Positions 17,228-26,262 of a stretch of 64,000 nucleotides of DNA are shown here, in pieces (within the stretch, counting starts at the first letter, position 1; every line of letters begins with the position of its first letter). The notes beneath the pieces are model-generated. The model was not told where the DNA came from and did not search any database. It saw only the letters and a list, made by a program, of their open reading frames with translations. Source of the DNA: a virus. Taxonomy: Duplodnaviria; Heunggongvirae; Uroviricota; Caudoviricetes. The stretch is from the IMG/VR virus record IMGVR_UViG_3300042346_001601; one strand, 5' to 3'. Made by a program: the position numbers and the translations under genes.

Positions 17228-17479
17228 TTAGTCCTCTGTCCTGCAATTTTTTCTGAATAAATGAACTAATTGGATCAATTCATCGTCAAATTCAATTCTT
17301 AAATGAGAAGAAAAAGTAGAAATAACAAACCAGGAATTGGAATCGTCTGTGAAAGGCAGGCCCTGCAAGGTAAAATCTGGAAAATTGAGCACATAGTGGG
17401 GACAGCACGTTTCCCCGGTCTCGTCATCGATCATGTAATCTTTGTCAAATCCCAGGGAGATGAGGGTTGATTCTAGCAT
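17228..17479 (-). CDS. hypothetical protein
   Basis: minus-strand tiled ORF. Confidence 0.4.
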   Translation of the reverse strand: MLESTLISLGFDKDYMIDDETGETCCPHYVLNFPDFTLQGLPFTDDSNSWFVISTFSSHLRIEFDDELIQLVHLFRKNCRTED

Positions 17480-17481
17480 GT

Positions 17482-17694
17482 TTATTCGGGATTTAGGGCT
17501 TGTTTTTGACCTTCGGAAATACCCATCTCGTAGGCTTTTTGGAGATCTGATAAAGTCTGTTCGTATAATTCCCTGTAAATAGACAGGATTTCATTTTTCT
17601 TGTCGTCCGGAATTTCTCGGAGGGCTTTGAAAATCAACTTCGTGATCGGGATTCCCGTCAGGGAAAGATCCTCTAGATAAACTAATTTTTTCAT
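17482..17694 (-). CDS. hypothetical protein
   Basis: minus-strand tiled ORF. Confidence 0.4.
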   Translation of the reverse strand: MKKLVYLEDLSLTGIPITKLIFKALREIPDDKKNEILSIYRELYEQTLSDLQKAYEMGISEGQKQALNPE

Positions 17695-17713
17695 TTTTTT
17701 TATTTTTTTAATA

Positions 17714-18247
17714 TTAATCCCACCAAGATTTCAACCCAGTGTTTGTATCCTTTAATATTTCAAATAGTTCATCCCATTCATCGTTTTCTATTTTAAGTGA
17801 ACACTCAGATACTTTAGAATTATGTTCACTCTCTTCTTTAGTTAGGTTATCTTTCAATGTAAATAATTCAGAATTATCGGTTAGTGGAACAAACTTAAAT
17901 TCTCTATGAACTAATTTACCACACTCTTTTTCGGCCAATTCAATATAAGAATCATCTAAGTGATTAGACAAAATTTGGATAGCCCTTCGCATTTTGGTAA
18001 TTTTTACAAGCCGTGTCTCATTAACCTCCGAACCTTTGGTTTCTATACCATTTGCCATATCACTAATTCCTATTTTCATAAAATGTAATAAACTATGATT
18101 ATCCCACCATTTAAACTCATATAGGGGTTTTCTGAACATCCAAATGTTCTTAAAGAAGTTGATACACATTTTAATAGGGTATATAAAATCGTTATAGTAA
18201 TACTTAACCATATAGCTGTTTAAATATTTGCATTCGTTCTTCCTCAC
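17714..18247 (-). CDS. hypothetical protein
   Basis: 177-aa ORF. Confidence 0.45.
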   Translation of the reverse strand: MRKNECKYLNSYMVKYYYNDFIYPIKMCINFFKNIWMFRKPLYEFKWWDNHSLLHFMKIGISDMANGIETKGSEVNETRLVKITKMRRAIQILSNHLDDSYIELAEKECGKLVHREFKFVPLTDNSELFTLKDNLTKEESEHNSKVSECSLKIENDEWDELFEILKDTNTGLKSWWD

Positions 18248-18581
18248 TCATTGCTCGGGGTAACTCATAATCATCAGTTCGATTTTCTTCCAAGTATTGG
18301 TGTAGTTCTTCTACCGTTCGACATAATTCGTCCCCATCTTTATCTGTCATTTTCAAATCCATTCGTTCTCCCCATTCTTTTTCCCAACACCACCAATCAA
18401 ATGTTTCTTTACCTTCTTTGCCATAGATTGAACCAATTAACATAGAGATAGCACTTTCTAATGGGTCAACAAAATTTATAAGGTCAACACCTGATTTATA
18501 CGCTTTATCTAAGCTTTCTTGTTGTTCTTTAAGTTTAGAAACAATTTCTTTGAACACTTCTAGTTTTATGCTGTAATCCAT
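18204..18581 (-). CDS. hypothetical protein
   Basis: 125-aa ORF. Confidence 0.45.
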   Translation of the reverse strand: MDYSIKLEVFKEIVSKLKEQQESLDKAYKSGVDLINFVDPLESAISMLIGSIYGKEGKETFDWWCWEKEWGERMDLKMTDKDGDELCRTVEELHQYLEENRTDDYELPRAMSEEERMQIFKQLYG

Positions 18582-18871
18582 TCTGTTTTACTTTTAAGTT
18601 GGATACTTTCACTTCCATCATATTCATTGATAATAAAATCTTCTCCTTCATCTACCCACACTACGACTAAATCTTCAACCCCACCGATGTACGTGTCCAT
18701 ATAGGTATTTCTAGCATACTCGTTTGCACCATCAAAATCTTCTGATCCAACCAACTCTACTAACTTTGGATCAAATATTGCCTCAATGGGCGCTCCCCAA
18801 GTGTAGAACCCAGCTCCGTATCCACGGGAAATAAGAACTGCTACTTTACCATCTTTAATTAATTTATTCAT
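18566..18871 (-). CDS. hypothetical protein
   Basis: 101-aa ORF. Confidence 0.45.
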   Translation of the reverse strand: MNKLIKDGKVAVLISRGYGAGFYTWGAPIEAIFDPKLVELVGSEDFDGANEYARNTYMDTYIGGVEDLVVVWVDEGEDFIINEYDGSESIQLKSKTEWITA

Positions 18872-18875
18872 AGTT

Positions 18876-19193
18876 TTACATATTTTTAATTTCTTTTTCT
18901 ACCTCCACCCAGAATGTTGTTTTGGGATGGTTTGCCCAATAACAGGTTTCCGATTCTTCGTCATCATCTTTCATAAACTGGAATATTTCACCAACAACAG
19001 CAAGAGCTGATTCTTTCCATTTTGGATTTGAATAGAAACTTTTGTATTCACCGGTTGTTACTTCATAAACTTTATTAGTTGAAAATCCAACCGACCCGAC
19101 TATTTGAAGTGCCTTTTCTTTTGGTGTAATTGTGATTGGTTTGTATTTAGACATAGAATTTTTTTGAGTTAAAGAGCTTATTTTCAAGCTCAC
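18876..19193 (-). CDS. hypothetical protein
   Basis: 105-aa ORF. Confidence 0.45.
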   Translation of the reverse strand: MSLKISSLTQKNSMSKYKPITITPKEKALQIVGSVGFSTNKVYEVTTGEYKSFYSNPKWKESALAVVGEIFQFMKDDDEESETCYWANHPKTTFWVEVEKEIKNM

Positions 19194-19573
19194 AGAACAA
19201 TTTCGAATCTTTCCTTCATTTGGAGGATTCTTTCGTCAGGTACTCCGTGGACATTCTTTCCCCCGTGTCTGTTTTCAACAATCAATGAAAAAACGGTGAA
19301 TCCGTATTTTTCTGCAAGTTCATAATAGGCCGACATTTCCCATTTTCTGGTGAAAGTGTTGGACACGACTACCTTATCTTCTCCTCTACTCATAGCAGTT
19401 TCTGCAGTTTTTTTGCACCACTCGTGAGCTTCTTTGAGCAGAAGAGGATCAAATTTATATTCGTTGTCTTTCATGAAGAACATATCAGCCTCGACGTGAG
19501 AACCCCCGATTGCTTTGGCTAGGGTGGATTTTCCAGCCCCTGGGCAGCCTCTTAATAAAAATAAAGATTTCAT
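19190..19573 (-). CDS. P-loop polynucleotide kinase-like protein (T4 Pnk kinase-domain-like, stand-alone)
   Basis: Walker A LLRGCPGAGKSTLAK, compare T4 Pnk N-terminus LTIGCPGSGKSTWA; small (127 aa) kinase encoded directly downstream of the HAD phosphatase. Confidence 0.6.
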   Translation of the reverse strand: MKSLFLLRGCPGAGKSTLAKAIGGSHVEADMFFMKDNEYKFDPLLLKEAHEWCKKTAETAMSRGEDKVVVSNTFTRKWEMSAYYELAEKYGFTVFSLIVENRHGGKNVHGVPDERILQMKERFEIVL

Positions 19574-19591
19574 CCTTTTGTCGAATTTGTT

Positions 19592-20047
19592 TTAGAATGC
19601 TCCGTAGTTAACTTGAAAACAGGCAATACCTTGGTCCCTCCACATTTTTACTACTTTATCTCTATCATCATAAACGCACATTATTTCATTTCCCTCCGAG
19701 ATAAATTTATCCATCCATGCCTTCTTCAAGACCTCGTCCGGGGTGTAATCGTGATGTGATCTCATTTGGAGGAAATCAGGCACGATCCCTTGATCACCCA
19801 ACCACTGCTCGGTTTCTTTTCTGGAAATCTCATCTCTCCCCGAGAAAATCCCTACCTTTAATCCTGCCTGCTTTAAAAACTGAAAAGTTCGGATAACTGG
19901 TAAATTGGGCTCATCCAATTGGATGTTCTCAGGAGCAAAAAATTCTTTCCAGTTCAATTTGCCAGTTGGCAGAGTAGCCTTGGATCTTCTTTTTTCGATC
20001 AGAGCCAGGGTTCCATCCAGATCGAAAATAACCGATAATTTTTTCAT
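19592..20047 (-). CDS. HAD-superfamily phosphatase, polynucleotide 3'-phosphatase-like (Pnk phosphatase-domain-like, stand-alone)
   Basis: Motif I VIFDLDGTL (DxDxT), motif II FSGR, motif III K...YDDRD; same architecture as T4 Pnk C-terminal domain. Confidence 0.7.
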   Translation of the reverse strand: MKKLSVIFDLDGTLALIEKRRSKATLPTGKLNWKEFFAPENIQLDEPNLPVIRTFQFLKQAGLKVGIFSGRDEISRKETEQWLGDQGIVPDFLQMRSHHDYTPDEVLKKAWMDKFISEGNEIMCVYDDRDKVVKMWRDQGIACFQVNYGAF

Positions 20048-20054
20048 GATTTTA

Positions 20055-20747
20055 TTAATTTGATAAACTTAAAGGCAAAAAGAGAAGTGTGGGATTTTTC
20101 TTTTGAATGTCGACATCTGGATATTTTTTTCTAAATTCCATAACGTCAAACTTTTTGGTGATTAAATGGTGGCCGTTTTTGGTGGGGATAATAGCCTCTA
20201 TTTTCGGACCCACCTTGTGGCCGACAGGAAACCCAGCTTCATCAAAGTCGACTACGGTGATGGGTTGGCATCGATACTCCAAATAGGACATCATCATAGG
20301 ACTTGGAGTTTGTGACCCATCAACATCCACAATCCATCTTTTCTCGTGGGTTTGGATTTGGCCAACAACAGAATCGAAAAGATTTTTTTGGTTCGCTTGA
20401 CCATTTCGAATTCTTTCTGCCAAGGCAACCATCATGCTCAAAGAAACATCTTGGTGATTTTGCTTTTGAACATGAATATAAGCACGGGCTTTAAACAGCT
20501 CGCACAATTGTTTAATTTCATCGTATCTACGGTCTAAGTGGTCAACACTTTCGATACAGTAGGTTTTGATTGTTCTGACCGATTGGTGGTTGTCCCTTTC
20601 TTCTCCGGGCTGGTCCTTTTTTCTCTTTAACACATAGAGCATGTAAAAATCTCCAGTTTTCTCAAAATTGAGCAGAGGTTTTATTAGATGAAGGTTGTCG
20701 ATCATGGTGTTGTAATTTGTAGCAAATATACGAAAAAGATCCGACAA
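20055..20747 (-). CDS. hypothetical protein
   Basis: 230-aa ORF immediately downstream of kinase/phosphatase pair; no motif recognised. Confidence 0.5.
   Translation of the reverse strand: MSDLFRIFATNYNTMIDNLHLIKPLLNFEKTGDFYMLYVLKRKKDQPGEERDNHQSVRTIKTYCIESVDHLDRRYDEIKQLCELFKARAYIHVQKQNHQDVSLSMMVALAERIRNGQANQKNLFDSVVGQIQTHEKRWIVDVDGSQTPSPMMMSYLEYRCQPITVVDFDEAGFPVGHKVGPKIEAIIPTKNGHHLITKKFDVMEFRKKYPDVDIQKKNPTLLFLPLSLSN
20723..20732 (-). promoter_or_regulatory. putative promoter element (sense CGTATATTTG) upstream of ORF 20055..20747
   Basis: exact match to Bacteroidetes -7 consensus TAnnTTTG (TATATTTG). Confidence 0.3.
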
Positions 20748-20825
20748 AAAATAAAACCAAAAAAGGTTTAAATTTGGATCGGCAAAAATTATTCCATTTC
20801 AGAATTTACTTAAAGAGTCTTATTT

Positions 20826-21215
20826 TTAGTTTTGGTCTTTTTGAGACTCAGCGTTTTTGAAAATAAATATAAGATGCATTACTAACATTAAGAAGTTTAA
20901 TAATTTAAAAAATACATCTCCAACACCGATATTTTCAAATACCAGGACACACCCGATTACAACACTCACCCCGGTCCATAGATTAGCATTTTTAGAATCA
21001 ATAGCATTTGCTCTTTTATAAATGGTCGCAAAGGTATACCAATAAACTAAAAATAACATACCACATCCTAATAGTAACACTATTATATTTAACTCCCATC
21101 CCACACCACATGTGAACCCAGCTAGGTACTGCAAAATATTTGCAAGAATAGACCTTAAAAAATAAGTGGTACCGCCAATTCGACCAGAGAAGTCAAAATA
21201 TTTATTTTTAATCAT
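20826..21215 (-). CDS. hypothetical multi-pass membrane protein
   Basis: 3-4 predicted TM helices; start placed at internal Met (MIKNKYFDF) to avoid 98-nt overlap with upstream ORF. Confidence 0.45.
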   Translation of the reverse strand: MIKNKYFDFSGRIGGTTYFLRSILANILQYLAGFTCGVGWELNIIVLLLGCGMLFLVYWYTFATIYKRANAIDSKNANLWTGVSVVIGCVLVFENIGVGDVFFKLLNFLMLVMHLIFIFKNAESQKDQN

Positions 21216-21603
21216 CGTTTCTTTCTTTGATTGAATCTGATGAAGAATCAGGAGGAATTGCACCCCATATTTTCGCAAAATCCTTGTCTGATATTGAACG
21301 AGCAATAAAGTCGGATTTCGTGAGTGGATCGTTCAGAGTGTACATCCAGGCGTTGTAGTACTTTTGGTAGGCAGAATCCATTCTTGATATTTGTGAATTG
21401 GAGGTTGCCAAATCAATCCCGTGATGCACTCCCCTAATAAATTCTTCAATCTCCTGGTTTGAAATTAGGGGCAGGGATTTACCTAAAGCCAAGCCTACCT
21501 CGTTGCCTAAATCCGACACTTCACCATTAGGGTAGGAAACATTTTTTAAGTGGTCTGAAATTTCCTCTGTTATCCTTTTGAAGTCGAAGTTTTGGTAGGT
21601 CAT
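21208..21603 (-). CDS. hypothetical protein
   Basis: 131-aa ORF. Confidence 0.45.
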   Translation of the reverse strand: MTYQNFDFKRITEEISDHLKNVSYPNGEVSDLGNEVGLALGKSLPLISNQEIEEFIRGVHHGIDLATSNSQISRMDSAYQKYYNAWMYTLNDPLTKSDFIARSISDKDFAKIWGAIPPDSSSDSIKERNDD

Positions 21604-21620
21604 TTTTTATGATAACTTTC

Positions 21621-22261
21621 TTAATTTATTTTCTGAAATGTGGTAACCAGATCTGTTGTAAGTGGAGATGGACTGCACTGAACCTGCTGAACGATCTTAA
21701 AACCAAGTCGATGAAGTTCTTTGTTAAGTTCTTCATGATCTAGATTTGCTCTGCCACCCTTGTTTTTAAAGGACAGATCTTCACCTCCTCCAAACCAGGC
21801 GTGATGCAAAGTTGCCTTTCCCCCTATATTTAAAACTCGATGCATTTCCGGCAGATAATCTCGAATAATATCCCAGTGAATATGAACAAAAGAATCGAAG
21901 GAAACAATTGCATCGAAGGATGAACTTGGGAAGCAGGTCAAAGATTTTCCATCGTTCATGTGGTAACCGTGGATTCTATCTCCAAATCTATCTAAACAAA
22001 ATTTAAGAGGAACAGAGTTGTATTCAACCAAACTCAGGGAAGGACAGTGATTCAAGAAAAATTCTGTGATTCTACCACCTCCGGCGCTATTTCTAAATTT
22101 CTATTTCCCAGATGGGGAACATAAAGAGGATAAATTAGATCAGTCCAAAGCTGCTCAGGGGAAGAAAAATTAGTTGACCAGTATTTAAGATCGTTTTTAT
22201 TTTCCCAAATTGCAGGATCATTCCAGAATTTCTGCTCTTCTAAATTGATATGGACTTGCAC
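21621..22261 (-). pseudogene. class I SAM-dependent methyltransferase interrupted by a frameshift inside motif I
   Basis: ORF 22052..22261 ends ...NRNLEIAPEVV and alternate frame continues SAGGGRITEFFLNHCPS... into ORF 21621..22055 (..FDAIVSFDSFVHI..VLNIGGKATL). Joining them restores motif I (N)LEIGAGGG. Either sequencing error, programmed frameshift or decay. Confidence 0.5.
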
Positions 22262-22264
22262 TAG

Positions 22265-23335
22265 CTATTCGTTTTTAAGTAAAAATCTGTTGCTGATGAC
22301 CTTGAAAGAAATAGTTGTGTCCATGCTGCGAATGACCAATCCTTCCCTCTCGGCATTGGGGTTGAGAACAGATTTCCCTTCAGTCTGCTGTAAGAGTTCT
22401 TCGATGGTGTCTGGTAGAAGAAACTCAGTCCCGAGAATCGGTACGGTCTCAAATCCTAAGTCTTCCATAAGGGAGATAAAAGATCTGAGGTTGAATCTTT
22501 CCTGTTTATCAATGTCAAAAGCATTGTAGAAACGAACGGTATGACCTTTGAGCTTGTAAGGATTCTTCTGAATTCCTTCCCCGATCAATTCACCCTGAAT
22601 GCAAAGGTTAAGACCAGTATCCAGTAGCTTCTTCTTGATGTCCATTTCACGGGCCACTTTCCAGAAAGTGTTTTCCCGCTTAGGCCGTTCGATCCCATCA
22701 TCGCACAGTTCCGTTCCTGACACAAATTCACCTGGTTCTGCCAACTCGAGATTTCTAGAGCAAACCCCAAATTCACCGTCTTTGACATAAAATGATGCGG
22801 AACTGCCGTCCAACTTTTCGGTTGCATAGAACTGGTGTTTACTGGTGATCTTCCATTCTTCGTATTCTCTAGACAAATTTTGGACCCTTTCCTCATCGGT
22901 TCGGCGGAGAAAAGAAGGAAAGTAGCCTTTTACTTTGCCAGCCAGTTCGGCGGGAATGGGTGGTTCGTATTTAATCACCCCAAGAATTTCGGTTACATCC
23001 ATGCCAAGATATACATTTCCCCTAACGGGAAGCACATTCAGGGGCATGAGCAATCCCTGGGATAATTCTCCTTTCAAACGGATGGTCTTGAGTCTAAATC
23101 CCTCGACATCTCCCATTTTCTTGAAAGATGATTTTCGGAGAAACTCAAATTCATCCCGGACCGGAAGAAAAGAATCAATCTCAAAATAAACACAGGTATC
23201 TCCAGGTTTAAACTCTCCTTTCTTGGTTACCACCTGCCACCCATCAACAACAGCCAATTCGATGGCGTCTGCTCCTTTGATGGACTTGATCTCCTTGACC
23301 AATCTGATGGAAGCTAATTTTCTGGTTTGTTCCAT
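22265..23335 (-). CDS. ATP-dependent RNA ligase, DraRnl/NgrRnl (Rnl5)-like with N-terminal OB-like domain
   Basis: N-terminus LASIRLVKEIKSIKGADAIELAVVDGWQVVTKKGEFKPGDTCVYFEIDS typical of this ligase family; nucleotidyltransferase motif I ATEKLDGSSASFYV (KxDG). Confidence 0.8.
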   Translation of the reverse strand: MEQTRKLASIRLVKEIKSIKGADAIELAVVDGWQVVTKKGEFKPGDTCVYFEIDSFLPVRDEFEFLRKSSFKKMGDVEGFRLKTIRLKGELSQGLLMPLNVLPVRGNVYLGMDVTEILGVIKYEPPIPAELAGKVKGYFPSFLRRTDEERVQNLSREYEEWKITSKHQFYATEKLDGSSASFYVKDGEFGVCSRNLELAEPGEFVSGTELCDDGIERPKRENTFWKVAREMDIKKKLLDTGLNLCIQGELIGEGIQKNPYKLKGHTVRFYNAFDIDKQERFNLRSFISLMEDLGFETVPILGTEFLLPDTIEELLQQTEGKSVLNPNAEREGLVIRSMDTTISFKVISNRFLLKNE

Positions 23336-23348
23336 ATTATGTAATCAA

Positions 23349-23543
23349 TTAAGACTCGGTTGAAACGGAAGAATCACTTCCTGAAGGAGCAGAAGCCAAA
23401 ATCCACACAAAAAGAGAAATAAGCACCAGTCCAAATCTGTCGTCGTTACTCCAATTTGAAATCATCAGATCCCATCTGATAAATCCAATAATTAAATAGA
23501 GGGAAAATAAAGATTTTAGAGGAGTGATAAACCATTTTTTCAT
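23349..23543 (-). CDS. hypothetical small membrane protein
   Basis: two hydrophobic helices. Confidence 0.35.
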   Translation of the reverse strand: MKKWFITPLKSLFSLYLIIGFIRWDLMISNWSNDDRFGLVLISLFVWILASAPSGSDSSVSTES

Positions 23544-23618
23544 AAGACAATTTTTTTTTATTCTTCTAAACGATTTGAAAGGAGAAAAGTTCCGAATAAT
23601 CTTTCAGATCCTTTCTTT

Positions 23619-24068
23619 CTAAACGCTATGCGGGATGTTAACTCGAACACAGGATTGAGACTGTCCCTCATTCATCAAAAAATTGTTGATGTATCCCATG
23701 ATGTTAGCAGAGCCAATTGGATTGGCCGAATGGGTGTAAACTAAGGGGAAAATAATGCCCGATGATTTTTTCCCTACCCTGCCCTCGAGGGTGTCGTATT
23801 TATTCAGGTAGTAATCGACCAACCATTTTGCACAGTCCATCTCAGTCTTTTCAAGGATGTTTGAGTAGTTGAGCTCGTAATTAGGTTTAACATTGTTGAA
23901 ATATTCCTCCATGACAGTATCACCCAGATCGTGGTCCAGTGAAATGATCTCAATGTTTTCTAATCCTATATCAGTGACAACTTTTACAAACTGCTCGTAA
24001 TTTCGAACAACTATCCAGTTTTCATCGTTTGGGGTTCGAATATCATCTAAGTAAATTCTTTTTTTCAT
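23619..24068 (-). CDS. hypothetical protein, copy A of duplicated gene (paralog of 27968..28417)
   Basis: ~75% aa identity and ~80% nt identity to ORF 27968..28417 (MKKRIYLDDIRTP...ISLDHDLGDT...YTHSANPIGSANIMGYINNF). Confidence 0.55.
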   Translation of the reverse strand: MKKRIYLDDIRTPNDENWIVVRNYEQFVKVVTDIGLENIEIISLDHDLGDTVMEEYFNNVKPNYELNYSNILEKTEMDCAKWLVDYYLNKYDTLEGRVGKKSSGIIFPLVYTHSANPIGSANIMGYINNFLMNEGQSQSCVRVNIPHSV

Positions 24069-24098
24069 TTTTTGTGAGCTATTTTTTGCATTCTTGTG

Positions 24099-24230
24099 TA
24101 GTCAGGACAGGATTCGAACCTGTACGTGGGTTGAGTCCTTTGAGAATAACACCTTTCGGTCTCTTGAGTCTCTCCTGCAACATCCCCCACAGCTTTAGCT
24201 TACTTGCTTCTACCATTCCGCCACCTGACT
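24099..24230 (-). tRNA. tRNA-like element, 132 nt: canonical acceptor stem and T-arm, noncanonical/expanded centre
   Basis: Minus-strand RNA 5'-AGUCAGG UG GCGGAAUGGUAGAAGC...ACAGG UUCGAAU CCUGU CCUGACU A-3': 7-bp acceptor stem, U8, tRNA-Leu-like D-loop GGAAUGGUAGA, perfect T-arm GGUUCGAAUCC; but ~80 nt between D- and T-arms (possible intron or long extra arm closed by GUGGG/CCCAC). No anticodon arm could be assigned by eye. Confidence 0.45.
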
Positions 24231-24310
24231 ATAATTCACCTGCCTTTTATCTCCTCATATATTCCGCCCAAAATTATTATTATAATTATAAGTAAAAACG
24301 TCTGCATATT

Positions 24311-24601
24311 CTAAAAATGCTCCCCGAAGCCGTGTTGAGTGGCTACCAACTGTGGGTTTTCCAAGTAGCGACCAATCTCTTTGTATCCAGCCTCGATGCT
24401 TGTAAATGCAATACTCTTACATCCAACCTTGACGATACATCCTCTGTCTAGCGCGTGAATGCCAATCTCCCAGCGTTTAAGGTTTTCAATCCTTCTGCGT
24501 TGCTCTCCTTGTTCTTTGCTTTCGCATTGCTCTGTTGACTTTTCAAAGCACTGTGGCATTTCTCCGACAGGTTCTACTCTTAATGTTTGTTCTTCGTTCA
24601 T
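24311..24601 (-). CDS. hypothetical protein flanked by the two tRNA-like elements
   Basis: 96-aa ORF. Confidence 0.4.
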   Translation of the reverse strand: MNEEQTLRVEPVGEMPQCFEKSTEQCESKEQGEQRRRIENLKRWEIGIHALDRGCIVKVGCKSIAFTSIEAGYKEIGRYLENPQLVATQHGFGEHF

Positions 24602-24635
24602 TTTGATTGGGTTTAAATTGTTTTTATATTTTTAG

Positions 24636-24715
24636 TAGTCAGGACAGGTACTGCCCCTGTTGCTTGTTCTTTTGCTTTTATGCTCACACATGAGTTACTT
24701 TTACTCCACCTGACT
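24636..24715 (-). ncRNA. degenerate tRNA-like element (80 nt) sharing acceptor-stem and T-stem sequence with element at 24099..24230
   Basis: 5'-AGUCAGGUGG...ACAGG GGCAGUA CCUGU CCUGACU A-3': identical 5' 10 nt and 3' 13 nt to the first element; internal region does not fold into D/anticodon arms. Confidence 0.3.
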
Positions 24716-24720
24716 GTTTG

Positions 24721-25284
24721 TTAATCTAATTTACATTTTATTTTATCAAAATCCTTTGTTCCCAAATGAACTGAACTATCTACAGTCATATTAGAACGGG
24801 TTTCATCTTGTTTCCAAAATTCATGGCGAATAACTTGAACAATATCATAAGTTACTCTTGCACTTTCATCTACTACATCGGGATTGTAAATACCAAAACT
24901 TCCGCCATTAGCAAAGTTTTCTTGTAAAAGCATGTTAGCAGCATTATGTAATATTTTATCTGCTTCATCTCTAATACTGTGGTATTTTTCATAATCAATA
25001 GATAATTTTACATCCCCAACATCAGTCCAAGTACGAATTTCTTCTCCATTACCCCAATGACCTTTGGTTTTAATGTAACCATCTCCAATTTCTATCACCT
25101 CACCACGTTCGGTACTATCACCAACTTCTATTTCTTTTTTAGGTCGGAGTTTATCCCGTAGAACATTGTAATATGTTGGATGGTCTTTAATTACCCATAA
25201 TTGGCCGATACCGATACGGGAGTACATATCTAACGCCTGTTGAATTAGTCTAAGTTGTTCGTTTGTAACTTCTAATGTTGCCAT
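24721..25284 (-). CDS. hypothetical protein
   Basis: 187-aa ORF. Confidence 0.5.
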   Translation of the reverse strand: MATLEVTNEQLRLIQQALDMYSRIGIGQLWVIKDHPTYYNVLRDKLRPKKEIEVGDSTERGEVIEIGDGYIKTKGHWGNGEEIRTWTDVGDVKLSIDYEKYHSIRDEADKILHNAANMLLQENFANGGSFGIYNPDVVDESARVTYDIVQVIRHEFWKQDETRSNMTVDSSVHLGTKDFDKIKCKLD

Positions 25285-25295
25285 AATTTTTATTT

Positions 25296-25565
25296 TTAAG
25301 ATTTTGCGTAAATTATTTTATTTTGAAAATTTCCACTATGGACGTTTTCAACAAAATCAATTGCGTCTTTTAAAGTATTAAAAGTGTTTATCCCATTCCT
25401 AAAGTTCATTTGAGCCCAAAAAGGCCACCACCATCTCCATACTTGACATTCATAACCATGATAGCTGTCGTCTACAATTCTATATTTAATAGTTTTGTAA
25501 CCTAAAAAAGATTTTGAAGGCAATTTTTTCATAATAGTATTTTTAAAATCCCAAACGATATCCAA
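25296..25565 (-). CDS. hypothetical protein, paralog of 2481..2738
   Basis: Trp-rich; shared C-terminal motif. Confidence 0.45.
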   Translation of the reverse strand: MDIVWDFKNTIMKKLPSKSFLGYKTIKYRIVDDSYHGYECQVWRWWWPFWAQMNFRNGINTFNTLKDAIDFVENVHSGNFQNKIIYAKS

Positions 25566-25632
25566 AATAATATAACAATGAATGCAAATGCTACCGTAAA
25601 ATAATAGAATTTATCTTCCGATTTTAGATTTT

Positions 25633-25818
25633 TCATTTATTAAATAGTCTTGAAAAAAATTCAATTGTAAAAGCCACACAAAAAGGAATCCAAAGTGGAG
25701 ACGTTACCCACCACCAAGACCAATTGGCAACTACCCCGGCATCTGATAGTTTTAGAATTAAAAATATCAGAAAAATTATCCCTGCAATACCTAAACTCTT
25801 GTTTGTTTTCTTTTCCAT
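25633..25818 (-). CDS. hypothetical small membrane protein
   Basis: two TM helices. Confidence 0.35.
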   Translation of the reverse strand: MEKKTNKSLGIAGIIFLIFLILKLSDAGVVANWSWWWVTSPLWIPFCVAFTIEFFSRLFNK

Positions 25819-25846
25819 AACTTTTATTTTTATAGCGTAAATATAC

Positions 25847-25857
25847 TAGAAATTTTC
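25847..25857 (-). promoter_or_regulatory. putative promoter element (sense AGTATATTTAC) upstream of ORF 25633..25818
   Basis: member of recurrent motif family. Confidence 0.25.
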
Positions 25858-26262
25858 TTACTTTTCATCAATTTTAAAATTTTCGAAAAAAAATTTCACC
25901 TCCCTTCCTGTTTCTTCAATCAGCCCATATCTTTTTATGAATTTGTATTGTGTACTGTACTGGTTGAGCGAATTTAAAAAACCTTGAATATTGGATCTAA
26001 ATTGTTCTAACGTGAAAGAATTTTTTTGAATATTACAACTAGAGCAAGCTGGATTATAGTTTTCTAAAATCTCATTTTCTGGATACCTACATGTTCCACT
26101 ATTTACAAACTTACCTTTTTTTCTGTCCCATTTACTGTCCCTGACAATTGGCTGGATATGGTCCGCGTGCCAACTTTTTGTCAAATCACAGCCACAATAT
26201 GCACATTTTCCACCATACTTCTCAAAAATTTTAATCCTATCAGATTTTTTCATCTGTTTCAA
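25858..26262 (-). CDS. HNH endonuclease (small, freestanding)
   Basis: CAYCGCDL...WHADHIQP...NYNPACSSCNIQK = HNHc motif with zinc-binding Cys pairs. Confidence 0.7.
   Translation of the reverse strand: MKQMKKSDRIKIFEKYGGKCAYCGCDLTKSWHADHIQPIVRDSKWDRKKGKFVNSGTCRYPENEILENYNPACSSCNIQKNSFTLEQFRSNIQGFLNSLNQYSTQYKFIKRYGLIEETGREVKFFFENFKIDEK

Noticed and set aside
24029-24295. Plus-strand 88-aa ORF overlapping the tRNA-like element
   Set aside because: Translation (…RTGFEPVRGLSPLRITPFG…) is simply the reverse complement of tRNA-like structure; no start context
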